A DNA stretch of 63,621 bases, counting the filler, from Reclinomonas americana ATCC 50394 (taxonomy: Eukaryota), in assembly GCA_048213135.1 (NCBI GenBank). It is 22 parts of 22 records of this genome, joined end to end, with 100 filler letters (N's around TTAATTAATTAA, not from the genome) between each part and the next. Parts side by side here need not be neighbours in the genome. Positions count along the whole stretch, not along the records: positions 1 to 4,282 come from AFZH01019911.1; positions 4,383 to 7,215 come from AFZH01019913.1; positions 7,316 to 9,683 come from AFZH01019914.1; positions 9,784 to 15,774 come from AFZH01019915.1; 18 more parts are not named here. One strand, 5' to 3'. The notes below the pieces were generated by a model that was not told the DNA's origin, made no database searches, and was given only the letters and a program-made list of their open reading frames with translations. Within the stretch, counting starts at the first letter, position 1, and each line of letters starts with the position of its first letter. The position numbers and the translations under genes were made by a program. This document shows, in pieces, positions 1 to 12,217 of this stretch.

Positions 1-3000
1 ACTTGCGCTACCGTCGGCGAATGTGGAAGACATGGCTGCCATTCAGTGCACACTGGAGCCTGTGATCAACTCGATTGCGCACCGTACAGTTGCCAGCCTG
101 GTCAGTTTTTTTTCGATGGAGGCAGGTAGAGAGAAACTTTTGTCACTGACCTACGATGATGGGATTTGCTGAGCGCAGACGGGCAAGCAAGGGGCCGTGG
201 AAGTGGATACACCATCGTTCACGTTGCGAGCGCAGAAGCTGGATCCGTCGGTGACGTCGACGACAAGTGGCGTGTACTCGGGTGAGAAGAGAGCACTCCT
301 CCTATGTCTCTAATGTGTGTGGAGGCTGACCTAAGGACACGTACACGTGCATGTAGTCACTGTGGAGTCGTTGGCGTACTTGAACAGCACGAGCGCACTC
401 AGCACTCCGCTTGTTGTGCTGCCACATGGTATTACCAAGCGATACGCCGGTGTGTGCTAGGCGTGAAACGCATGAGAGTGTGACGTCATTGTGCTGACAC
501 CAATCGCACGTGATATAGGTACGGAGGACCTGTTTTATGCGCTCGTCGAGGTATGCAGCCACCCTTGTGTGTGCGCAGCTTCCTTGACGATAACATCCTA
601 ACGTGTGCGTGCTTCGGGGTATCGTCAAGGTGGGTTTCAAGGGTGCGCCGATCGTCAACGCCACCAATGACTATGGCAAGCAATCGGCACCTGTCAAGGT
701 GTACGCGTTCAGCATCCAGGTGATCCTGTCGCCACTCCATTTGCGCTGCTTCGCATTTCTTACTGTCTCTTTCGTTCCTGTTCACAACCGAGTAGAGTTA
801 TCGATCGGCTGTGGGTGTGCAAGATGAGCCGGAGCCCATGGTGCTCATTGTCCCCGAGTGGCAAACCACTGTGCGCAAGTACAACTCGACACTGTCCAAC
901 ATCGCCATGTGCATGATGCAGAACTGCTCGCAGTCAGGTGTGATGCATACTGTGCGCTTGTGCGACCAATGAGCAACGCAGTTTCTCATTCATTTTGCTC
1001 GTGACAGTTTCGAGTGAGTACATTTTCAACGTCACGACCAAGGACCCGACGGTGCTGGAGGTGCCGAATACCTGGATTCCGCTGTGTGTGGCACGCGACG
1101 TGTGCAAAGCCGGGAACCGAGTGAGTGCCAGCGGACTGAGTACATATCTACTGGTGGACCCGATTGCTCGAGGAGAAAAGCCACATGTTTGTCGCTGATT
1201 GTGTGCCATCACAAGCTCGATGCCGCGCGATGCTCACACCTGTGCCTATTTTTTCATTCTGCCGATGCAGGTGTCTGGCGTGTACTGTGCAACAACTCAC
1301 CTTACTGATTTTGTTTCGTCCCTGCTCGTCAGCGAAGACTCCTCACTTTTTCTGCTCACGATTATTGGGTGCACGTGTAGACTCTGGACCTGTCCATCGT
1401 GCCGGGCTTCAACTTCTTCGCTGGTGGTGCAACCTTTATTGGAGTGGGCAGTCAGTTGGGCCTCTTCCTCAGCCCCACTTTCATTCTTCTGAGCACGTAC
1501 TTTGCACTTGCTGTGGCGGCGTGCATTGTTGTGTGGAGACTTGATCGTGCAACAGATAACGAGGTGCGTACTGGAACCACATCGTCGTGAAAGTACGTTT
1601 GAGCATCTGCTGACTGGAATGCATGTCGTCGCCACAGCAACGTGTGCTGCAGCAGACGCGCCTGACCAATATCCTCCGCCTTGCTGATGTGACGGCACAG
1701 CAAGTTGCCGCTGCAGAGTTGATGAAGAGATTGCACGAAGGAGCGCCGGACGTGTGCAGTCCAAAGTTGGAGGAGCGTGCAACGCGCCACAAGCGAGGCT
1801 GGCTCAACGTGAAGAGAGGACTCGAGGTGGTCCGAGCATTGAAGCGCCACGTTGGTGCAGCTTTCGCAGCTCACCAGGAGGAAACGTACGATCCCGTGCA
1901 ACCGGTCAAGCCCGCTGGCAATCCATCGCGACGTTCGTATCTGCCACCCATTGTTCGTGCAACTGAAGAGGTAAATCAGACTCGTTTGGGTCGTGGTTGA
2001 CTGACGACTTTTTTGCTGATATTGCGTGTTTGCTGGGCTTAGCAGCCAGTCGTTGATTCGAATCCCGGACAGCATACTGCCCCGAGCGGCGACTTGCGTG
2101 AGGAAGGACCACTGTTCCTTCCAGGACAGATACCCGAGAGTGTGGATAACTCGGTTCTTCACTTTGAGGACCACTGGCGCTCTCATCGCCCTCGCCCAGC
2201 TGCTGTTCCACCTCTTCACCTCGGCGACGATGTGAAAACGGAGGATGTTGGTGACGGTGCGGATACGCAAGCTCTTGCCGAGGGGTCTTTGGTTCCAAAC
2301 ACTCGTGTCACGGAGGACATGCCGTGTGCTCCGGAGGCGCTAAGTGTGTCAAGCCCGTCTGCTGTGCCTCTTCATCGTCGGCGGCAGGAGAGATTCGGCC
2401 TTGGTCTACGCCGTCGCTCGCTTTCGCTGGGTCACGAAATTCTGTCTGCGGTGCGGTCAACTGTCGCACGCCTCCACTTTGTCCAACGTTGCTCACACTG
2501 ATTGCTGCAGATAAAGGCAAATGCGGTATCACCCGATTATGGAGTGAGCCACAGCTCCCTGGGCAAGAATCCTAGTCATGTTGTTCCGCTGGCGTCATTG
2601 GCGGCCACACCAACCACAGCATCTACGCGAAACGTTGGGGACATTCCAGTTGCCGACACCGAGAACCAGCACCGTCCGGGTGCCGCTCTCCGTCGCTTCC
2701 AGGCGCTGGTCCGGTTGATCATTTTCATTCGCCGCACTCGATCGCTGCGTGAGCGTGTGGTGGAGCGTTTGTCTTCCTTGTGGTGTGATCATCTGTGGAT
2801 CTCGGCCGCCGTCGAACGCGGCCGTTCGTCGCGTGTGCGCCGGCTGGACAAGGTGTTGGTGAGTAAGAACACATGAGTGGTTGTTCTGTGAATGTGTGAG
2901 CCAACTCCCCGCTTGTCACAGTTGCTCTGGGTGTACGTGGTCTGCGCTTGCTGCGTCAACGCAGCCGTGGCGACCTCGTCAACAGGAAGCATGTTGCTGA

Positions 3001-5343
3001 CGTTGATGCAAGTTCTTAATGTGGCCGTCATTGGTACGTTTGGTGTTTCTTTGTTTCCAGAATGCAGACCTGCTTATGACAGGATATTGTTCTGCTTGAT
3101 TACTATGTAGGCGCTGTTGTTGCCTTCCCTTTGATCGTCGTCATTGGAGCTATTTTCCATCTGACTCCCCGTCGATCCGGATCTGCTGCGTTGGATGCCG
3201 AACACTTTGGTTGCGTTCTCGGGTGTGGGTTAGTGGAAATCAACGGCACCAGATGACCTCACGGTGTTGCGCAATCGGATGTATGCACACAGAGTCGGTG
3301 CTCCTCACGCAAACAAGGGCGTTGGCTGTGGACAACCAGGCTCCTGTGTCACGAGTCATTGATGTGTCCGCACTGTCTCCGTCAGGGAGCGGTGGCGGCG
3401 GTGGGGTGAGTGAGTTGTGTTGCGGCGCAGCATCGTGATATATGTCAGCTCACCGTGCTGCTTTTTTTTTTTTGCAGATGCGTGAACGACGTGGATGGCT
3501 CTACACACTGCGAAACCGCACCACAGGTTTCAGCGTCGTTCCGAATGTGCAAGGAGCCGCAGCCGCGCCACCTCAGCAACCTCTTGCGTCGATGTTCTCG
3601 TGGCACAATCCTCACCTTGATGACGGCTATGTTGCGTGCGGCGCGATTGCGTGGATGGAACGGACTGTGTGAGCTGACACATGTATGCGTGTAGCATGAT
3701 GACGTGCCTCCGCAACCCTGCCGGTCTGACGTCTGCACGTTGCTTCAGCTGGCTGTCTATGAGGCGATGCAAGACCGCGTTTTAAGCGGCTTCCTTTTGT
3801 TCACCCGGGCGTGGATTGTAAGTCAGTGCCGTGGGTCCTGCATCCTCTGGAGTTCGTCACTAACTATCGCATCACGCTCCTGTAGACTCAATGCCACGGC
3901 CGCATGGAGCGACTGGCTGCATTCGACGTTGTTCGTGACAACTTTTTCGAGCTTGTTTGTGCATTCACGTCACGACGCATGCGGCATCATGCGAACATTG
4001 AGTGGTGGAACACTGCGGTGCAAAAGGCTCCCGGTGAGTGCATGCGTGCGATTCCGACAAGGGCGAGCGTGGTGCTCAACATGTCGATGGTTGCGATTCG
4101 GCCAGATATGCTGGCACGCATTCAGCAACTGTTCTCCTCGCAGCGACTGAGCGATGTGGAGCTGTTGCACCTGAAGCACTCTGACGACTTTGTGTTTGTG
4201 AATCCGGCGGAGCTTCAGCGTCTGTTTGATCAGCATCACCGCGAGATGCCGAGTGTGGTGTTCCTTCGGCCTGGTGTGTACTNNNNNNNNNNNNNNNNNN
4301 NNNNNNNNNNNNNNNNNNNNNNNNNNTTAATTAATTAANNNNNNNNNNNNNNNNNNNNNNNNNNNNNNNNNNNNNNNNNNNNTGCGTGTGTTGTGTTGTT
4401 CCGATGTCATCCTGTGATGTGCGCACGTGTACACAAGGCTGTCTCTCTGCAGCCTCACACTCGAGCGAGTCCATTGGTGAGCGACCGCCATCAGCACACA
4501 AGGTGCTGAGCCTTACATCGAGTCATGATTCGGATCATCACACAATGCAACATGCTGCGTTTTGCGCATGCACTGCAAGAAGAATTGCATCGTGGATTTG
4601 TGGTGGCCTCCCGCAGACGGCGCACTGCACCACGTACCTGTCACTGTGTTGCTCTCTTGCATGCACAAGGTGGAGGTGGAGCATTAGCTTGCTGTGGCAC
4701 CTGACTCAGCATGCAGAACCTGTTGTGGACCAGTCTCTGTGTGGTCACCACTGGGCCGGTGTTCGAGAGAGTCTGTGATGGATGTGACCCTGCTGCCATT
4801 CGGCGATGCCCGTTGCTGCTGTGGAGACTGTCAGTGGGCGCACGCCTCACAATCATTAGGGATATCCTGGTCACGCGCGTCTGGGTTGTCTCCGCTCAGC
4901 GAACCTGATGCCGGTTGCATTACTGGTTGCTGGCCTCTGTACTATCTTGCAGGCATGCTGGCCAGCGCTGTGAACGGAGAGTAGTCTGTGGAAGCATCAG
5001 TTGCTTGTGTTCCTCTCGGCAGTTGAGGTGCTACTGTGCTCCCTCGTTTCAATGACATGGACATGGATTGATGTTGATGTCGGCAGCGTCGCGGAGACAG
5101 TGCTGGTGCTGGGGCCAACGTTGTTCAAGCGTAGCATCTCCTTTTTGTGCCGGGTTGTCCGAGCCAGAATTTCGTATGTCGTCTGTGCTGCCGTGTTGCC
5201 GGGTTCTGAAATCCCTTCTGTCTCGCACTGGTTCAGCCTCCGTACCACGTGAGGGTGAGAGATCCCGCAAGGATGCAACCAGTGCATACGGCAGCGAACG
5301 TTACGCCAATAATGGTGACCAACTGAACGATCACCACTTGTGA
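1..5343 (+). CDS. Polycystin-1 (PKD1)-like multi-exon membrane protein with GPS motif, 5'-partial, spans gap 4283-4382; 3' end uncertain
   Basis: Short GT-AG introns. Exon 1271-1312 encodes VSGVYCATTHLTDF (GPS HL|T), then TM1 (PTFILLSTYFALAVAACIVVWRLD). At 2785-3170 DHLWISAAVERGRSSRVRRLDKVLLLWVYVVCACCVNAAV and VAVIGAVVAFPLIVVIGAIFHLTPRRS resemble the PKD1 TM2/TM3 segments. Confidence 0.65.
4283..4382. other. Artificial assembly spacer (first of 21)
   Basis: N44-TTAATTAATTAA-N44 with stops in all frames; also begins at 7216, 9684, 15775, 23718, 25051, 28065, 29906, 34207, 37056, 39556, 43319, 45483, 48028, 50337, 51905, 53564, 55446, 56742, 58945, 62140. Confidence 0.99.
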
Positions 5344-5793
5344 ACGTGTACACGCGGTGCATGTGTTGACTGGTCGTGTTCGCGTATTGCAGTCGTGTGC
5401 TGCTGCTCTTCGAGTTGCGGGGAGTTTGTTGCAGTTGCGGCAAGTGTGCATGCGCGCGAGTAGTCGAATTTGGCGTGTTTGTGCTGCAGTGGGGGACGTC
5501 GGATTTTGTTCTTGCAAAATTCTTTCTTCTGGCGGACGGTGAGCAATTACCACCCCCCCCCGTTCTGTTCATCCAGTCACCCACTCACCTGTGCGTCTCC
5601 CTCGCCTTTATATACTGTTCAGCCACAGGTGGCCGTCGCCTGGTTTTGCTGCACGCACAAGCCACATGTTCTTGTCCGATGCCGTGAATCGGTGTGCACA
5701 TGGAGGTGAGCGAAGTGTGGTCGCGCGGCATGCATCGCGCGCATGTTGTACCGCTCCTCATCATTCCTTCTCTTCGTCTCGCTCACTCACAGC

Positions 5794-7215
5794 AGTTGGC
5801 AGCAACTGCCTGGCAGTTGGTGGTGGCTGTGGACGCCGGCGGCGGAGATGGCGCGCCCCCGCCCTGCCCTCGGCAGCCATTCTGACGTTGCTGGTGATCT
5901 GGATGGGCCTCGTTGCCGTTGTGATGGCCACCACGGAAAACGTGGTGCGCACGTGTGTTTGCAGTTGATGTGCTGCAACGTATGTTGACACTCTCGTGCC
6001 TTTGCCAGAAGGAGGAAGGAGCCGGTGTGGAGTTCGTGACTGCTCACGCAGCGCCCGCTTATGTGGATGGAGCGGTGAGGCAAACTTGCTTTAGTTAATT
6101 ACCGTTCTTGTGAATGTCGGCCTCCCGCACTCACGGGTGCGTCGCACAATGTGCAGGCAAGACGCGCTTCTGTGGCTCCGCGCACAGGTTTGTGGACACG
6201 CGCCACCACGGCGATGGCAAAATTGTCGTCCTTGTCTCCGGTGACTTACGTGTTGTGTGCACTGGCGCAGAAGCCGAGTACGTACGGCATGATCAGCAAT
6301 CGTCGCCGGAGCCATTACGGTCCTCATCGTTGGACGCCGCAGCGGCATCGCCATTTTGCTCCACTCTCCTCAACCTTGCTGGTTACGTGTGCCACTTTGT
6401 GTCATGCGCTTCCATCTATTCGCGTTTTCTAACGTGCAGTATACGCGAAACACAGGCAGCCCTATGGCGCCGCCGGTAGATGGATTTAGTGGCGACGACC
6501 TGCGCGACTTGTCGTGGGTGTTGGAGCACTGCAGCGACGGCGCCGCTGTCGCCGGCACCAGTGTCGCGTACGCTTCTGGGTGGCTCACTGATGCTGCCCT
6601 TGGTACCACGTTTCTGCCGCCGCTGGCTCACGTCACCAGCTCGCGATTGTCTCGCCAGTTGCGCATGAGCATCGACCCCGGCAGCGGCACCATTGTGGAG
6701 GCCACCATTGGCGTGCAGTTCGAGGTCACTGTCAGCGGCACGATTGGCTCCTCCACTGTCTCTGACATGATCATCGGCGGCGAGTACCACAAGACGCTTG
6801 CCGCTTCCACTGCTCTGCCCATCGAGGCAGGTCCGTGGATCGCGGTTCCGTGGACTGGACGAGCGACCTGTACCGCTGCCTGCGTGCCGGTCACAGTGGC
6901 CGATGTCGACCTCTTTGACGGCAGTGCGGCGCTCGTGATGGCCAACGCCTCCGCGCCATCTCCGTCGTCGCCGCTACTATCGCAAGCACAGTTCGTTCAA
7001 GATAGATTCGGCAGTGGCACCACGCGGCTCGGACCGCTGGACGTGCTGGCCAATGGGGCGCCGGCCGCCAGCATTCGCGCCACTATGTTGCGCGGCTCGC
7101 TCCTGCCCTCGCCACTCCTTTCCGATCCCGGCGATGGCACTGTGCTGCTTGCCTCGCTGGTCAGCCAGGCCGGCGAGCAGACGGAGGAGGGCCTTGTGGT
7201 GCAGGCGGCAGTCAA
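5794..7215 (+). CDS. Unknown probably secreted/membrane protein, multi-exon, 3'-truncated by gap; start uncertain
   Basis: Hydrophobic signal-like exon (AAILTLLVIWMGLVAVVMA, ~5875-5942) and a long open exon ~6440-7215 with coding-like codon usage; no recognised motif. Confidence 0.5.
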
Positions 7216-7388
7216 NNNNNNNNNNNNNNNNNNNNNNNNNNNNNNNNNNNNNNNNNNNNTTAATTAATTAANNNNNNNNNNNNNNNNNNNNNNNNNNNNN
7301 NNNNNNNNNNNNNNNTCCCTCTCTCTCTCTCTCACACGCACGCACACTCCCTCCCTCCCTCTCTCCCCCTCCCCTCCCCCCCACACAC

Positions 7389-8075
7389 ATGGCCTACACC
7401 TCCCTCGACGTCACCCTCAAAGACGTGCACCTCAACGACACCGGCACCCACATCGTCGCGGTGGCCACCGGCTACGACCAGGCCGCCGGTCGCCGCCACG
7501 GTCCCCGCCACTGGGAAAACGCCGCACTGCTGCCACCCAGCATGTGGGTCGTCTCCACGCGCCACTCACGCACCACCCTCACCGTCATGCAAGCCCTCGA
7601 GCAACACCAACTCCCCTGCGTGCTCCGCCTCGTCAACGAGCTGCCGCCGGAGCTCGCGCGTGGTGGCGGCAACGAGGACCCCGTGCCGTTTTACTACACC
7701 TATGTGCAATTTGGCGACGACGCGCGAAACCCACACCGCGACTCGTTTCGCTGTGTGCCGTGGCGCGAGGTGTTGCCGGAGGAGCGGGGCCTGGCGCTCG
7801 GACAAGGCCGCATTACGCGCTTGTATCCGTCCGGATATGGGGCGGCGGTGGAGGAGGTCGTGGAGCGGCTGTATGTGCACTGTGAGGGCGATGCGCCGGC
7901 GTATGTGTTTGGCAATTATACGGTGTTGGAGGGGTATGATGAGCGGCAGGTGGAGGCGCTGGTGCAGGCGGCCATGAAGCAGCTGGATGTGAGCATTCCA
8001 CTGGGACCGCTCGTGGGTGGCTTGCGGCCGATTGTGGGTGCGGTGGAGGTGAGGAGGCATGAGGAGGAGGAGTGA
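7389..8075 (+). CDS. Hypothetical intronless 228-aa protein
   Basis: ATG after a pyrimidine tract, uninterrupted ORF, strong third-position bias, globular-looking composition; no family recognised. Confidence 0.7.
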   Translation: MAYTSLDVTLKDVHLNDTGTHIVAVATGYDQAAGRRHGPRHWENAALLPPSMWVVSTRHSRTTLTVMQALEQHQLPCVLRLVNELPPELARGGGNEDPVPFYYTYVQFGDDARNPHRDSFRCVPWREVLPEERGLALGQGRITRLYPSGYGAAVEEVVERLYVHCEGDAPAYVFGNYTVLEGYDERQVEALVQAAMKQLDVSIPLGPLVGGLRPIVGAVEVRRHEEEE

Positions 8076-8136
8076 ATGAAAGAAGAGGGGAGAATGGATT
8101 GTTCACTGCTGGCTGTGTCATGCGCAGTGGTGGTGT

Positions 8137-8742
8137 TTAGAGGAGGCTGAAGGCCTCGGTGAGAGCGCCGCCGACAGCGCCTGGGATGGGCGGGGAAGGG
8201 AGGGTGAGTGAGTGAGTGAGTGAGTGAGTGAGTGAGTGAGTGAGTGAGGGAGAGAGTGGGTGGGTGGGTGGGTGGGTGGGTGAGTGAGTGAGTGAGTGAG
8301 TGAATGAGTGAGTGAGTGAGAGAGAGAGAGAGAAAGAGAGTGAGTGCCAAGGAGTGAGTGAGCGAGTGAGTGAGTGAGTGGGTCGATGAATGAGTGAGTG
8401 AATGAGTGAGTGGGGGAGAGAGTGAGTCGTGTGTGAGTGAGTGAGTGAGTGCGCGAATGAATGAGTGAGTGAGTGAGTGAGTGTGTATGTGTGTGTGTGT
8501 GTGAGAGAGAGAGTGAGTGAGAGTGAGTGTGTGTTTGTGACAGTGTGTTCTCCAGTTCTCTTGCTCACCAGTCACGGCACCGCCAAGGGCTCCCGGGCCC
8601 GCGCCCACACCTCCGAACTGTTATCAGTGTGAGTGTGTGGAGAGTGAGTGCGAGAAGAGACGCATTGACTCTCAAGATGCGATGGATGACGCAACAAAGG
8701 CACCGCCAATGGCACCAGTGGCAGCTCCCACAGCAGCGCCCT

Positions 8743-8797
<55 letters not shown>

Positions 8798-8920
8798 AGA
8801 ACGAAAGGAGAGAGTGAGAGAGTGTAAGAGAGTGGGAAAGTGAAATCAGACATGAGTGAAGAAAGCAGGCTGCGTACCAGCGTGAACGGCAATCTCCTCA
8901 GCGTCGTGCTCCCAGCTCAT
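8137..8920 (-). CDS. Glycine-zipper bacteriocin-like peptide copy 1 (61 aa): MSWEHDAEEIAVHAGEGAAVGAATGAIGGAFFGGVGAGPGALGGAVTGAVGGALTEAFSLL
   Basis: Exons 8920-8878, 8745-8696, 8617-8569, 8180-8137; all introns GT-AG; phases 1,0,1 give 186 nt ATG-to-TAA; same structure in other copies. Confidence 0.9.
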
Positions 8921-8971
8921 TGTGTGTGTTTGCTCTCAGAAAAAACTTCAAAAACCAAGAAAGTGTTTGTC

Positions 8972-9121
8972 GGTCGATGAATGCGCATGCGTGGATGCGA
9001 CGTTCGTCGTCGACGGAGCTGTCGACTGGCAGTTGTAAGCCATTGTTGTGCTGACTGATGTATGCTGCAAGTGCATCGATGTGCCTCGATCGTTGCTGAT
9101 CGTGAGGGGCGATTGCGAAGT
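8972..9121. repeat. Dispersed ~150-bp element A; inverted copy at 61904-62043, partial copy at ~61697-61803
   Basis: ggtcgatgaatg..cgtcgacggagctgtc.actgg.agttg.aagcc.ttg.tg.gctgactg..ctcgatcgttgctgatcgtgaggg matches the reverse complement of 61904-62043. Confidence 0.85.
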
Positions 9122-9356
9122 CATGACGATCGATATCGCGATCGATTATGAGTGGCGCATGCTTCCTCTCCTCTCCTTCTGTCGTCCTTGTGTCGAGCAC
9201 ATACTGCGAAAGGCAGTGTAGTTGCGTAACGTCGACTGTGTGTCCCCTCCTCTGCACAACTCAACGAATTCCCGTGACGGACGGAGAATTCCCTTCACCC
9301 CCTCCCTCACCTCTCCGCCCGGAGCTCTCTCTCTCCCTCTCCTTCTCTAACTCATC

Positions 9357-10007
9357 ATGTTTCTCCCCTGCCTGTTCTTGCGAGGCCACACTGACCGCGT
9401 ATCGTGTGTTGCCCTTGTTCCCGATGGACAGCGCATCATCAGCGGCAGCTGGGACAAGACGATGCGAGTGTGGTCTCTGGTGACTGGCGAGGACGTGAGA
9501 CGATTGGAGGGGCACACTGCCGCAGTGTGTTGTGTCGCCGTCACTCCGAGCACTCAACTTGCTGTCAGCGGAAGTCTTGACAGCACGGTGCGTGTGTGGT
9601 CACTGGCGAGTGGCGAGGAAATGCGACGACTGGTGGGGCACACAGCCCCGGTGCTGTCGATCGCGGTTACTTCCGATGGTCAGNNNNNNNNNNNNNNNNN
9701 NNNNNNNNNNNNNNNNNNNNNNNNNNNTTAATTAATTAANNNNNNNNNNNNNNNNNNNNNNNNNNNNNNNNNNNNNNNNNNNNCGGGCGATGACGAGACT
9801 GTCCGGGTATGGTCTACGCCGCTGAGCCTTTCTCGGCGGGAGCTCGAGTGCGGACAGGCGGCTTTGTTGGCGGTGCAGGAGATGGAAGAAGAAGAAGACG
9901 GAGGAGATCCGCGGTGCTTGGTGGAGATTGTGATGCGCTGCTTCCTGGTTGAGGATGCCGAGGCCATTGTCTATCGGTGTTCCACGGATTCACGGCTGTG
10001 CCTGTAA
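9357..10007 (+). CDS. WD40 array gene 1 (interrupted by gap 9684-9783; the two halves may belong to different paralogues)
   Basis: MFLPCLFLRGH start, 42-aa GH..WS repeats, shared tail ending ..VEIVMRCFLVEDAEAIVYRCSTDSRLCL*. Confidence 0.8.
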
Positions 10008-10537
10008 GGCGAGGGTGGTGATCAGAGGAAAGCAGATGCTGCTCACGGCCAAGTACATCACCATGCAGAACAAGTTGCGGCAGTGTTGCAAGAGAGTTGA
10101 GGCGAATACATACTCATTCACTGCTCAGCACAGGGCTACTGCGATCGCAGCGGTGCGTTTCTGCTTCGCGGTCGAGCAGACTCAATGAGGCGCGTGAATT
10201 TAGCTCTTCTTTACGAGTTTTGACGAAATAAACAGGGTAGCCTTGCATGCTCGCCTGCGGTTGTTTGCAGAGTAATTCCTGCTGTCATCTGACAGCGGAA
10301 CAGGCAGCGTCGACTTCAAGGAGGCGTCCTGCACACACGTTTCGTCCTTTCTTATCAGTTTGGCATCGAGCACACACAAACGTCATTCTCCCTCTCTTTC
10401 TCTCTCGTTTCCGCAACCTCTCCTCCCCCAAACACTCTTCTGCACAAAATCAGCAACTCATCCTCATTCTCTCTCTCCCTCCCCCTCTCTCTTTTTCTCT
10501 CTCTCTCGCCCCCCTCCCTCTCTCCCCTTCCCGCATC

Positions 10538-11608
10538 ATGTTCCTCCCCTGCAAATGCCTGCAGGGACACACGGCGATATCTTCTGTTGTCATCACTCCC
10601 GACGGTCAGCACATTGTCAGCGGCAGCTTGGACAGCCTGGTGCGAGTGTGGTCCCTGGTGAGTGGTGAGGAGGTGCGACAGTTTAAGGGACACGAGGATG
10701 GAGTCTTTTGCGTCGCCGTCACTCCCGATGGGCAGCGCATCGTCAGTGGCGGTCGTGACGGCACACTGCACGTGTGGTCACTGGCGAGTGGTGCGGAGGT
10801 GTATCGAGTGAAAGCACACGTTGGTGTGATTGCGTGTGTTGCCGTCACTCCCGTCGGTCAGCATATAGTGAGTGGCGGCCATGATATGACACTGCGAGTG
10901 TGGTCGCTGGCAAGGGGGAAGGAGGTGCACATGCTGAGGGGACACCCACGAATGCTGGCTTCTGTCGCCGTTACTCCCGACGGTCAGCAGATTGTGAGTG
11001 GGCACAGCGGCGGCATGCTGCGAGTGTGGTCTGTGGCGAGTGGGGATGTGGTGCGACGGTTGGAGGGACACACTGACTGGGCGGCGGCTGTTGCCATCAC
11101 CCCCGATGGCCTTTTCATTGTGAGTGGCAGCTGGGACAAGGGAGTTCGTGTGTGGTCGCTGGCGAGCGGAGAAGTGATTCGACGGCTGGATGGGCACACG
11201 GGTTGGGTGACATCTGTGTCGATAACTCGTGATGGTCAGCACGTGGTGAGTGGCAGTGTGGACAAGACAGTGCGTGTGTGGTCACTGGCAAGTGGGGAAG
11301 AAGTGCAGCGGCTGGAGGCACACGCTGGCGCAGTGACATCGGTTGCCTTCTCGCCTGATGGCCAGCACATTGTGAGCGGCAGCGATGACAAGTCGGTGCG
11401 AGTGTGGTCCACGCCACTTGTTCTTGCTCGGCTGGAGCTCGATTGTGCGCGATCGGCATTGTTGGCGGTGCAGCAGATGCAGGAAGAAGAAGACGAAGAC
11501 GAAGAAGATCGCCGGTGTCTTGTGGAGATTGTGCTGCGCTGCTTCCTGGTCGAGGATGCAGAGTCCATTGTCTATCGGCGTTCCACGGATGCTCGTCTGT
11601 GCCTGTAA
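10538..11608 (+). CDS. WD40 array gene 2, 356 aa, 7 repeats + conserved tail, intronless
   Basis: ATG at 10538 (MFLPCKCLQGH) matches paralogue starts; seven repeats of type GHxxxVxSVAVTPDGQHIVSGSxDxTVRVWSLASGEEVRRLE. Confidence 0.93.
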   Translation: MFLPCKCLQGHTAISSVVITPDGQHIVSGSLDSLVRVWSLVSGEEVRQFKGHEDGVFCVAVTPDGQRIVSGGRDGTLHVWSLASGAEVYRVKAHVGVIACVAVTPVGQHIVSGGHDMTLRVWSLARGKEVHMLRGHPRMLASVAVTPDGQQIVSGHSGGMLRVWSVASGDVVRRLEGHTDWAAAVAITPDGLFIVSGSWDKGVRVWSLASGEVIRRLDGHTGWVTSVSITRDGQHVVSGSVDKTVRVWSLASGEEVQRLEAHAGAVTSVAFSPDGQHIVSGSDDKSVRVWSTPLVLARLELDCARSALLAVQQMQEEEDEDEEDRRCLVEIVLRCFLVEDAESIVYRRSTDARLCL

Positions 11609-12117
11609 TAGGACGAGGTTGCCGCTGTGTGTGGTGGTGATCTGAGGGAAGTAGACGCTGCTTGCAGTCAAGGACATCATGCAGAACAAGTTGCGAATTC
11701 GAAGGCAGTGATATGGGAGAGAACTGAGAAACATGCATGATCCTTCACTGCTCGACACAGGGCTACTACGATCTCAGCGATGTGCATCGTGGTGCGCTTC
11801 TGCTTCCTGGTGACGAGGCCGAGGTCGTTGTCCACGCATGTACATCGTTTTCTGTTCCCTCACTTCGCTGTTCGTCGTGTTTTGTTGAGCTGCATCTGGC
11901 AATGTAAACAGGGTTGTACGTGTTTGTTACTCTCCTTGCGACATACCACATCGACGACGCGGAAAGCATTGCCCGCGTCCTGAACGCACTTGCATTTTTC
12001 CGTGAACGGTCGCGAACGCGCTCTCTGTGCATTCTTTCTCACACACACTCTCTCTCCTGCTTCTCGTTCTCCGCTGCCGCCACCCCAACCCCCCAAACCA
12101 CTCATCGCAACGACTCT

Positions 12118-12160
<43 letters not shown>

Positions 12161-12217
12161 TCAGTGCTCTCCTTCCCTCCCCTCTCTCTCTCCCTCCCTC
12201 TCTCCTTCTATCTTATC

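Noticed and set aside
4327..4338. Recurrent palindromic TTAATTAATTAA motif
   Set aside because: Always centred in a 100-nt N spacer; an artificial all-frame-stop linker.
7916..8608. THSL-repeat, poly-RE, poly-SL and poly-L/F/S ORFs in the ORF track (also 15573, 21270, 23467, 31957, 41597)
   Set aside because: Translations of microsatellites; only the embedded short exons are supported.
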